Source: Bellilinea caldifistulae (GTDB lineage: Bacteria; Chloroflexota; Anaerolineae; Anaerolineales; Anaerolineaceae). Taken from it: a stretch of 32,000 nt of DNA. The stretch is taken from the NCBI RefSeq assembly GCF_001306055.1, contig NZ_LGHJ01000016.1, forward strand, positions 214,992 through 246,991. Direction: 5' to 3'. Each line of letters opens with the position of its first letter. The first letter of the stretch is position 1. The notes under the pieces were generated by a model. It searched no databases, was not told the origin of the DNA, and worked only from the letters and a program-made list of their open reading frames with translations. Of this stretch, positions 1 through 7,074 are shown piece by piece. The translations under genes were made by a program, and so were the position numbers.

Positions 1-312
1 ATGCGCCAGAGTTTGCGAATTCTCCAGCAGGTAATGAGGGATATACCCGAAGGACCAATCATGAGCGGTAAACCGCAATATCAAGTCCGAGTACCCGCGG
101 GCGAGTCATATGGAAGGGTTGAAGGCCCGAAAGGCGAGTTGGGTTTTTATGTGGTGTCGAACGGCAAACCCAATCCATGGCGATATCATGTGCGTGCACC
201 AACATTTATCAACCTGACCAGTCTGGCGGAAATGTGCCGCGGTCAAAAAATTGCCGATGTGGTGACCATCCTCGGCTCGATTGATATTGTGTTGGGCGAA
301 GTAGACCGATGA
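1..312 (+). CDS. nuoD: NADH-quinone oxidoreductase subunit D, C-terminal fragment (5' end lies outside the window)
   Basis: The frame is open from the window edge. The sequence [12 protein letters not shown]...[12 protein letters not shown] matches the conserved NuoD/Nqo4 C-terminus. There is no DPCxxC Ni-binding motif, so it is not a [NiFe]-hydrogenase large subunit. TGA stop at 310-312. Confidence 0.9.
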   Translation: MRQSLRILQQVMRDIPEGPIMSGKPQYQVRVPAGESYGRVEGPKGELGFYVVSNGKPNPWRYHVRAPTFINLTSLAEMCRGQKIADVVTILGSIDIVLGEVDR

Positions 313-328
313 GGCGCAAGGAGAAAAA

Positions 329-943
329 ATGATCACTGGAAGCGGCATCTTAAGAGGATTGTGGACGACCTTCCGGCACTTTATCAAGACCTACCTTGAA
401 GACCTGCGGAGTGGAAAAAAACGCTACTTCACTAAAGAGGGAATTGAACTCAGACGCAGTCCGGATGTAGAAGGCATCTTTACAATCCAATATCCAGAAG
501 AAAAACTACCCGTACCCGAAGAATTTCGCTACATTCCTTTTTTGGTGTATGATGAAGGCGAAAACGGTGAGAAAGAAATTCGCTGTACCTCATGTGGAAT
601 CTGCGCGAAGGTGTGTCCGCCGCAATGCATCTGGATTGTGCGAACGAATGACCCGGTAACAGGCAAACCAATCCCACAGCCAAAAGAGTTTTACATTGAT
701 GTGGACATCTGTATGAATTGTGGATTCTGTGCCGAATTTTGTCCGTTTGATGCAATCAAGATGGATCACGATTATGAAATCGCCTCGTACGACCGTTTTA
801 AAGAGCATATCTTTGATCTGGAGCGCTTGAGCAAGCCGGCTTCGTACTACGCTCAAATCCGACCGACGAATTTTGCAAGGGAAGAAGCCGCCCGGGCTGA
901 AAAAGAAGCCCAAAAAGCGGCCGCCAGAAAGGTAAACCCTTAA
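329..943 (+). CDS. nuoI: NADH-quinone oxidoreductase subunit I (2x[4Fe-4S] ferredoxin-type subunit)
   Basis: ATG at 329 with AAGGAG 5 nt upstream. Two CxxCxxCxxxCP motifs are present (CTSCGICAKVCP, CMNCGFCAEFCP), along with the TIQYPEEK motif typical of NuoI. It has a Lys/Ala/Glu-rich C-terminal tail. Confidence 0.9.
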   Translation: MITGSGILRGLWTTFRHFIKTYLEDLRSGKKRYFTKEGIELRRSPDVEGIFTIQYPEEKLPVPEEFRYIPFLVYDEGENGEKEIRCTSCGICAKVCPPQCIWIVRTNDPVTGKPIPQPKEFYIDVDICMNCGFCAEFCPFDAIKMDHDYEIASYDRFKEHIFDLERLSKPASYYAQIRPTNFAREEAARAEKEAQKAAARKVNP

Positions 944-970
944 TTTCGACTTTCGAGGAAACCCAACCCC

Positions 971-1291
971 ATGTATAATAGCGATACGGAAGTGATGTTT
1001 CCTCCGCGGGTCATCAGCCATTTGCGCAATTTACGCGGAGTTGAATGGCAAGCATTAATCGATCAGGTTTGCTCTGCCGAAGCAAGTTTGGTAGATCGCG
1101 CAGCCTTCACCTTGATGATGGTGCGATTGGGCGGTTGCCAGACCTGCACCATTGATTCGTACCGCGGCATGCGGGGTTGTACCATGTGTGCCAGACAAAC
1201 CATACGACGTTTTCGTGGAGCAGACCACGAGCTGGTTAAGCAATTTGAACACTGCAAAAGCGAAGTGCAACAATTCGTTAATAAAATCTGA
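971..1291 (+). CDS. Hypothetical Cys-rich small protein (106 aa; CxxC-x10-CxxC), family not recognised
   Basis: ATG at 971 with GAGGA about 11 nt upstream. It is co-directional with nuoI and mrp, with 27- and 28-nt gaps. Cys residues are at positions 34, 56, 59, 70, 73 and 95. The coding strand is inferred from context, because antisense ORFs of similar length exist. Confidence 0.6.
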   Translation: MYNSDTEVMFPPRVISHLRNLRGVEWQALIDQVCSAEASLVDRAAFTLMMVRLGGCQTCTIDSYRGMRGCTMCARQTIRRFRGADHELVKQFEHCKSEVQQFVNKI

Positions 1292-1319
1292 GAATGATAA
1301 AGAAACGTGAGGAAGATTA

Positions 1320-2402
1320 ATGAATTCACCTATAATTTCCAAAGAAGCCGTCCTTGCAGCTTTAAGCAAGGTTGAGGAGCCGGAATTGCATCAAGATCTG
1401 GTTTCGCTCAATATGGTTCAAAACCTCCAGATTGAGGATGGTAAGGTAAATTTTGATATTGTACTGACAACGCCAGCCTGTCCCTTAAAAGGAAAAATTG
1501 AAGCCGAAGCACGTCAAGCGGTCCTTTCGGTTCCGGGAGTGAAGGAAGTCAATATCCGCTTTGATGCGTATGTTCGTAACGATGGACATGCGCGTGGATT
1601 GATGGAAATTCCGGTTAAAAATGCGGTGGCGGTTGCATCTGGCAAAGGCGGAGTGGGAAAAACCACTGTGGCGGTGAACCTTGCCGTTGCATTAGCCCAA
1701 AGTGGAGCGCGGATTGGGCTTTTGGATGCAGACATTTATGGCCCAAATGTGCCGCGCATGATGGGGGTTGACCGTCTCCCGCCGATTCAGGGAGAAAAGA
1801 TCAAACCCGCCGAAGCCTATGGGGTAAAGGTCATGTCTATTGGCTTTTTAGTGCCACCTGGTAAAGCGTTGATCTGGCGCGGCCCAATGCTACATTCTGC
1901 CATTCGGCAATTTTTGGGAGATGTGGATTGGGGATTGCTGGATTATCTGATTATTGATCTGCCACCGGGAACTGGAGATGCCCAGCTCAGTCTGGCACAA
2001 TCCATGCCACTTAGCGGAGGGGTCATCGTTACCCTGCCGCAGGCAGTTTCGCTGGAGGATGCCAGTCGTGGGATTCAAATGTTTGAGCAGTTGAATGTCC
2101 CGATATTGGGTGTTATTGAAAATATGAGTTATTTACAAATGCCGGATGGGACGGTTGTGGACGTGTTTGGGAGAGGGGGAGGAGAAATACTGGCCAAACA
2201 GCATCAGGCGCCTTTCCTGGGGGTGATTCCTTTGGAACCGGCCGTAAGAGTGGGTGGCGATGAAGGAAAACCGATTGTTCTTTCCCAACCAGAATCGGCA
2301 GCCGGTAAAGCCTTACGGCAAATAGCAGAACATCTGGCTGCTCAATTGAGCATTGCTGCCTTCAAAAGACAAGGCGGCGTAAAAATTGAAATGGTGGAGT
2401 AA
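1320..2402 (+). CDS. mrp: Mrp/ApbC/SalA-type P-loop ATPase with an N-terminal DUF59 (MIP18-like) domain; the CxxC cluster-binding motif is absent
   Basis: ATG at 1320 with GAGGAAG upstream. It has a DUF59-like TTPACPL motif, the deviant Walker [10 protein letters not shown], and the DLPPGTGD and ENMS motifs of the Mrp/NBP35 family. Confidence 0.88.
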   Translation: MNSPIISKEAVLAALSKVEEPELHQDLVSLNMVQNLQIEDGKVNFDIVLTTPACPLKGKIEAEARQAVLSVPGVKEVNIRFDAYVRNDGHARGLMEIPVKNAVAVASGKGGVGKTTVAVNLAVALAQSGARIGLLDADIYGPNVPRMMGVDRLPPIQGEKIKPAEAYGVKVMSIGFLVPPGKALIWRGPMLHSAIRQFLGDVDWGLLDYLIIDLPPGTGDAQLSLAQSMPLSGGVIVTLPQAVSLEDASRGIQMFEQLNVPILGVIENMSYLQMPDGTVVDVFGRGGGEILAKQHQAPFLGVIPLEPAVRVGGDEGKPIVLSQPESAAGKALRQIAEHLAAQLSIAAFKRQGGVKIEMVE

Positions 2403-2407
2403 ATTGA

Positions 2408-3439
2408 ATGGAAACAACTGCTGTTCAGCAGATTGTTGGAGTCCGGTTTTCAAAAGTCGGAAAGATTTATCACTTCCAGGCGACCAATCTGCCTCCCTTA
2501 CGGGTGGGTGATTCGGTGGTGGTTGAAACGGCCCGCGGCTGGCAAATTGGGGAGGTTGCTCAAATTATTAAAGAACCGATGCAACCGCCCGATGGTGGCT
2601 GGAAAGCGGTTGAGCGAGTGGCTACCCCGCGGGATTTGTTGCTGCGTCAGTTGTGGCAGCTAAGGGAGCTGGATGTAGTTGAGGTATGTCGAAAACGGGC
2701 TGTCGAATTGCGGCTCCAAAACCTAAAGGTGGTTGCTGCCGAATATAGTTTCGATGGTTCGCGATTGACAATTTTATATTCGACGGAAGGGGAAGAACGA
2801 GTTGATTTGAAATCCCTGCGGCAGGATATGCAGCGTCAATACGCGCCCGCGGTGGTTGAGCTGCGTCAAATTGGTCCGCGGGATGTTGCCAAGTTGCTTG
2901 GCGGCATGGGTGCCTGTGGTCTTGAAACCCGCTGTTGTTCGCGCTTTTTAACCGAATTCAGTTCAATCTCCATTCGCATGGCGAAGGAACAAGGAATTTC
3001 GCTGACGCCGACCGAAATCACCGGAATGTGCGGACGTTTGCGCTGCTGCTTGATTTATGAGTATGATACCTACGTTGAGGCACGCAAAGGTCTGCCGAAG
3101 CGCAATAAACGAATTGCCACTCCACTGGGCGAAGGGAAGGTCATTGACGTCTTGCCGCTGGTGGGAAAAGTGCGTGTGGACATACCGGAAGTTGGGGTAA
3201 GGGAGTTTACCAGAGAGGAAATCCTGGCGTTCAGCGAACCACCCGTTGAAAGTGGCATTGCTGAGGTTATACCGGAAGAAAATGGGGAAGAGTTCTATTC
3301 AGAAGAAGAATTGACCGGGAGGGATGAAATAAATCAGCCCGAATCCCCTTCAGTTCAACCGGATTTATCTTCTAACAGACCCAAGCGACGTTCGGGAGGG
3401 AGAGGTGGACGAAGAAAACGTGGACCAAAAAAATCCTGA
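2408..3439 (+). CDS. ricT: PSP1 domain protein (YaaT/RicT-like) with an acidic then RGG-basic C-terminal extension
   Basis: ATG at 2408 with GGTGGAG upstream. The N-terminus (VGVRFSKVGKIYHF...VVVETARGWQIGEV) and the Cys clusters GACGLETRCC and GMCGRLRCC resemble YaaT/PSP1. Confidence 0.85.
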   Translation: METTAVQQIVGVRFSKVGKIYHFQATNLPPLRVGDSVVVETARGWQIGEVAQIIKEPMQPPDGGWKAVERVATPRDLLLRQLWQLRELDVVEVCRKRAVELRLQNLKVVAAEYSFDGSRLTILYSTEGEERVDLKSLRQDMQRQYAPAVVELRQIGPRDVAKLLGGMGACGLETRCCSRFLTEFSSISIRMAKEQGISLTPTEITGMCGRLRCCLIYEYDTYVEARKGLPKRNKRIATPLGEGKVIDVLPLVGKVRVDIPEVGVREFTREEILAFSEPPVESGIAEVIPEENGEEFYSEEELTGRDEINQPESPSVQPDLSSNRPKRRSGGRGGRRKRGPKKS

Positions 3440-4145
3440 AAAATGGTCGAGTCCACAGAAAATTCTGGTAATTCTGGCTCATCCGGATGATCCAGAATTT
3501 TTTTGTGGCGCGACGGTCGCCCGTTGGACGCGCATGGGTCATACCGTTGAGTATTGTTTACTCACCCGCGGGGATAAAGGTGTGCGAGGCGAAATTGTGG
3601 AGCGAGAGACCTTATCGCGTCTGCGCGAAGAGGAACAAAATCGAGCGGCGGAGATTTTGGGAGTAAGCCAGGTTCGGTTTCTAGATTTTGAAGATGGTTA
3701 TCTTCAACCGGATCTGATAGCCCGTGGTAAAGTTGTGGCAGTGATCCGGGAGGTCAAGCCGGACGTGGTGGTGACCAGCGATCCGACCAATTTCTTTCAC
3801 CGAGAAGACCGCATCAACCATCCCGATCATCGAATCGCCGGACAGATTGTCTGCGAGGCGGTCTACCCGGCAAGCGGCAATCCGTTATACTACCCGGAAT
3901 TGTTGGAAAAAGGATTGTCACCTCATGAAATCAAAGAATTGTGGTTGACACTTACGGCGCAACCGAATATGATGATAGATGTAACCGAAACATGGGAATT
4001 GAAAATCGCAGCTTTGAGGCAGCACCGCAGCCAAATTGGAGATATGGAAGAGATGGAGCGGATGCAGCGCCAGCGGCGAACTGCTGACAGCAGCGAAGAC
4101 AAGCCTCGTTATGTGGATTTCTTTCGGAGAATCAAGTTTCGATGA
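3405..4145 (+). CDS. PIG-L/LmbE family zinc deacetylase
   Basis: GTG at 3405 is preceded by GGAGG with a 5-nt spacer. AHPDDPEF and HPDH motifs are present. The first 35 nt overlap the ricT 3' end. The stop overlaps the next start (ATGA at 4142-4145). Confidence 0.85.
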   Translation: MDEENVDQKNPEKWSSPQKILVILAHPDDPEFFCGATVARWTRMGHTVEYCLLTRGDKGVRGEIVERETLSRLREEEQNRAAEILGVSQVRFLDFEDGYLQPDLIARGKVVAVIREVKPDVVVTSDPTNFFHREDRINHPDHRIAGQIVCEAVYPASGNPLYYPELLEKGLSPHEIKELWLTLTAQPNMMIDVTETWELKIAALRQHRSQIGDMEEMERMQRQRRTADSSEDKPRYVDFFRRIKFR

Positions 4146-5332
4146 ATAATATAATTCGATTTGTCGGAAAAGCAGAATCGTTATTTTCGTATAGCCAAAA
4201 ATTGCGGCGAGATTTTCACCGATACCCTGAGCTGGGCTTTCGCGAATACCGCACTGCAGAAGTTGTTGCGCGGGAATTACGCTCGTTAGGGCTGGAAGTT
4301 ACCACCGGGGTTGCGGAGACGGGCGTTACTGCCATCCTTGAAGGCAATCAACCCGGGCGGGTGGTAATGCTGCGGTTCGACATGGATGCGTTACCGATTG
4401 ATGAGCAAACCGGTGCTGAGTACGCCTCCCAACACCCTGGTGTGATGCATGCCTGTGGTCACGATGGCCACATGGCGATCGGCTTAACTGTGGCGCGCCT
4501 GTTGCAGGAAAATCGAGAGGCCATTCACGGAACGATCAAACTGGTCTTTCAGCCGGCAGAAGAAGGACTTGGCGGCGCGGAGCGAATGGTTGCCGAACAG
4601 GTATTGGAAAATCCCAAGGTGGATATTTGTTTGGGATTGCATTTATGGAATGAAAAACCCCTCGGTTGGGCAGCGGTCGTACCTGGGGCGTTTATGGCAG
4701 GTGCCGATTTTTTCACCGTGCGTATTTTAGGAAAAGGCGGACACGGCGGCCTGCCGGAAACAACAATCGACCCAATCGTGGCGGCGTCTCAGGTTGTTAT
4801 GGCCTTGCAAACCATTGTTTCGCGCAATATTGCACCACTTGAATCGGCGGTTGTCAGTGTGACTCAGATGGCAGCCGGAAGTGCCTATAATGTGATCCCC
4901 AATCAAGCCGAATTGCGGGGTACAATTCGAAACTTTTTACCAGAAGTTCGGGATGTGGTTTTAGCCCGCTTGGAACAAATCGTTCGATCAATTGCCCTGG
5001 GGATGAACTGTGAAGCCGAAATTGAGTTACAACGACTGACATGGCCGGTCGTAAATCACCCTCGCGTGACGGAAATTGTTCAGGGAGTGCTCAAAACCCT
5101 TTTGCCGGAATATCGAAATGAGAGTAATTACCGGAGTATGGTATCAGAGGATATGGCGGTTTTCCTCAATCAAGTTCCCGGTTGCTTTTTCTTCATTGGC
5201 AGCGGCAACCCGGAAAAGGGGTTGAACGCCAGTCACCATCACCCAAAATTTGATTTCGATGAGCAGGTACTGCCGAAAGCAGCGGCGATTCTGGCTGGGG
5301 CGGCAGTCGAATTGGGAAAATCCCAGCTGTAA
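4142..5332 (+). CDS. M20D family amidohydrolase (N-acyl-amino acid amidohydrolase / hippurate hydrolase-like)
   Basis: The HACGHDGH metal-binding motif, the length (396 aa) and the overall M20/M25/M40 pattern support the call. The 4-nt ATGA overlap with the upstream gene suggests translational coupling. Confidence 0.88.
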   Translation: MNNIIRFVGKAESLFSYSQKLRRDFHRYPELGFREYRTAEVVARELRSLGLEVTTGVAETGVTAILEGNQPGRVVMLRFDMDALPIDEQTGAEYASQHPGVMHACGHDGHMAIGLTVARLLQENREAIHGTIKLVFQPAEEGLGGAERMVAEQVLENPKVDICLGLHLWNEKPLGWAAVVPGAFMAGADFFTVRILGKGGHGGLPETTIDPIVAASQVVMALQTIVSRNIAPLESAVVSVTQMAAGSAYNVIPNQAELRGTIRNFLPEVRDVVLARLEQIVRSIALGMNCEAEIELQRLTWPVVNHPRVTEIVQGVLKTLLPEYRNESNYRSMVSEDMAVFLNQVPGCFFFIGSGNPEKGLNASHHHPKFDFDEQVLPKAAAILAGAAVELGKSQL

Positions 5333-5342
5333 TGTTGGAACC

Positions 5343-6221
5343 ATGCCAATATTGAGGGACTTAAGCAGTTTTTCTACTTTTCCTAAGCGGGTGGTTTCTC
5401 TTGTGCCCTCCATGACGGAGAGCCTGTTTGATTTAGGAATGGGCGATTTTGTCGTGGGAGTAACGGATTACTGTGTGTTTCCACCCGAGGTTAAAAAATT
5501 ACCCAGGGTTGGCGGGACAAAAAATATTCAGGTTGATCATGTTGCCCAATTGTCGCCCGAATTGATCATTGCCAATCAAGAGGAAAATTCCCGCGTAATT
5601 GTTGAAGAGCTTGCGGATCAGTTCGCTGTTTGGCTAACTTTTCCGAAAACCGTTCGTCAGATGCTGGATGATCTCTGGCAGCTGGTTTACCTTTTTCGAC
5701 AGGAAAGATCCTTCATTTCGCTGCGAACGCTGGAAACTGCCGTAGAGTATGCTGAAAATCGAGTCTTCGACCTTCAACCGCTTCGAGTGTTTGTGCCGAT
5801 CTGGCAGGACATTACCACCTCGCAAATTCGCTGGTGGATGACCTTCAATCAGGATACTTACTGTCATGATCTGATTCGACTGCTGGGGGGAACGAATGTG
5901 TTTGGAGAACGCCTGCGCAAATATCCTCTGGCTGCCGATTTAGGAGAATCGGAAGAAACTACTGGCGAAGATAGGGACACTCGATATCCGCGTGTGATTG
6001 CCGAAGAAATCATCCGAGCCGAACCTGAACTGATTCTCATCCCGGATGAACCATACCCTTTTCGGGAGGAGGACATCGAGGAATTACAGAAAATTCTGGC
6101 CTCAACACCGGCCGTAAAACAAAATAGAGTCTATCGGATTGAAGGAAGTTTGCTGACCTGGCATGGAACCCGATTGGGAAAAGCGCTGGCAGAATTGAGT
6201 CAGTACTTTAATTCTGACTGA
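5343..6221 (+). CDS. BtuF/TroA-like (helical-backbone, class 8) substrate-binding protein homologue without a signal peptide
   Basis: The VVSLVPSMTESLFDLG...GVTDYC motif is typical of cobalamin/siderophore-type binding proteins. ATG at 5343 was chosen because the longer ORF from 5250 overlaps the M20 gene by 83 nt. The Shine-Dalgarno sequence is weak. Confidence 0.7.
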   Translation: MPILRDLSSFSTFPKRVVSLVPSMTESLFDLGMGDFVVGVTDYCVFPPEVKKLPRVGGTKNIQVDHVAQLSPELIIANQEENSRVIVEELADQFAVWLTFPKTVRQMLDDLWQLVYLFRQERSFISLRTLETAVEYAENRVFDLQPLRVFVPIWQDITTSQIRWWMTFNQDTYCHDLIRLLGGTNVFGERLRKYPLAADLGESEETTGEDRDTRYPRVIAEEIIRAEPELILIPDEPYPFREEDIEELQKILASTPAVKQNRVYRIEGSLLTWHGTRLGKALAELSQYFNSD

Positions 6222-6262
6222 TGTATTCTTTTAATCCGTGTTTTTAATTACAAAAATCATTC

Positions 6263-6291
6263 TTGTTTAAGGGGTGGTGAAGTGATATACT
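6263..6291 (+). promoter_or_regulatory. Predicted sigma70-type promoter for the gntR-korAB unit
   Basis: TTGTTT (6263-6268), a 17-nt spacer containing TGa (extended -10), then TATACT (6286-6291), in an AT-rich 118-nt intergenic region. This is a sequence prediction only. Confidence 0.45.
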
Positions 6292-6308
6292 CTTATAAAA
6301 TAAATCAT

Positions 6309-6320
6309 CTGATTAATCAG
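6309..6320. promoter_or_regulatory. Perfect 12-bp palindrome CTGATTAATCAG, a candidate operator
   Basis: The sequence is its own reverse complement. It lies about 10-20 nt downstream of the predicted transcription start and about 20 nt upstream of the GntR-family gene. Confidence 0.4.
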
Positions 6321-6339
6321 TTTTATTGAATAATTCCCC

Positions 6340-7032
6340 GTGCCAAACCGTTCGTTTCATCTTTCGGAATTTATGCGCTACCTGTCTTGTGGTAAGGTCA
6401 AGGTAGGCGAACGTATCCCATCACTTTCCCATTTGAGCCGTGAATTGGGTATCAGTATCGCCGCTTTGCGGGAACAATTAGAGGTTGCGCGTGTGATGGG
6501 ACTGGTGGAGGTGCGTCCCAAAACCGGAATTCGTCTGCTCCCTTATCAATTTAAACCGGCGGTTGTGCAAAGTCTGTATTTTTCTCTCTCTCAAAATGCC
6601 GATACCTTCTTAAAATTTGCCGACTTGCGCACCCACGTTGAAACTTCTTATTGGTATGAGGCTGTTGGCTTACTGAGCAGCGAGGATCACCGGGAATTGA
6701 GGTTGCTGGTTCAGCGCGCAAAAGAGAAGTTGGCTTCCAATCCTCCCCAGATCCCTCATGAGGAACACCGATTACTTCATCTCACCATATTCAGAAGGCT
6801 GGATAATCCCTTTGTACAGGGAATCCTGGAAGCTTATTGGGAGGTTTACGAGGCGGTCGGGCTGGATGTATATACGGATTTTGCCTACCTGGAACGGGTT
6901 TGGCAGTATCACGAAAAGATGGTTGAGGCGATTTGCAGGCAAAACTTCAATGAGGGTTATGACGCGCTGGTCGAACACATGGATTTGATTTACCAACGAT
7001 CCAAAAGACCGTCTTATCAGACTTTTGAGTAG
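6340..7032 (+). CDS. GntR family transcriptional regulator, FadR subfamily (FCD ligand domain)
   Basis: It has a winged-HTH segment (IPSLSHLSRELGISIAALREQLEVARVMGLVEVRPKTGI) and an all-helical C-terminal domain of FCD length. The start is uncertain: GTG at 6340 or ATG at 6373, and neither has a clear Shine-Dalgarno sequence. Confidence 0.85.
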   Translation: MPNRSFHLSEFMRYLSCGKVKVGERIPSLSHLSRELGISIAALREQLEVARVMGLVEVRPKTGIRLLPYQFKPAVVQSLYFSLSQNADTFLKFADLRTHVETSYWYEAVGLLSSEDHRELRLLVQRAKEKLASNPPQIPHEEHRLLHLTIFRRLDNPFVQGILEAYWEVYEAVGLDVYTDFAYLERVWQYHEKMVEAICRQNFNEGYDALVEHMDLIYQRSKRPSYQTFE

Positions 7033-7074
7033 ATCGAAAGTTCAACCACTTTTACAAACCGAAAAGGAGTTCAT

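Noticed and set aside
1-312. Whether the first ORF could be a group 4 [NiFe]-hydrogenase large subunit rather than NuoD.
   Set aside because: The C-terminus is [12 protein letters not shown] and has no Cys, so the DPCxxC Ni-binding motif is missing. This supports NuoD.
1055-1369. Two minus-strand ORFs (1055-1369 and 1063-1329) opposite the Cys-rich ORF.
   Set aside because: They run against the co-directional operon context, overlap the mrp start and have no Shine-Dalgarno sequence. The plus-strand ORF fits the gaps and has a ribosome-binding site. This cannot be excluded without conservation analysis.
3427-3433. An A7 run inside the ricT/PIG-L overlap that could allow slippage and fuse RicT to the deacetylase.
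   Set aside because: The run simply encodes the Lys-rich tail. The downstream gene has its own good GGAGG-GTG start, and nothing else suggests programmed frameshifting.
5250-5342. A longer start for the BtuF-like gene.
   Set aside because: It would overlap the M20 gene by 83 nt, and the extra residues (MISMSRYCRKQRRFWLGRQSNWENPSCNVGT) resemble neither a signal peptide nor the protein family.
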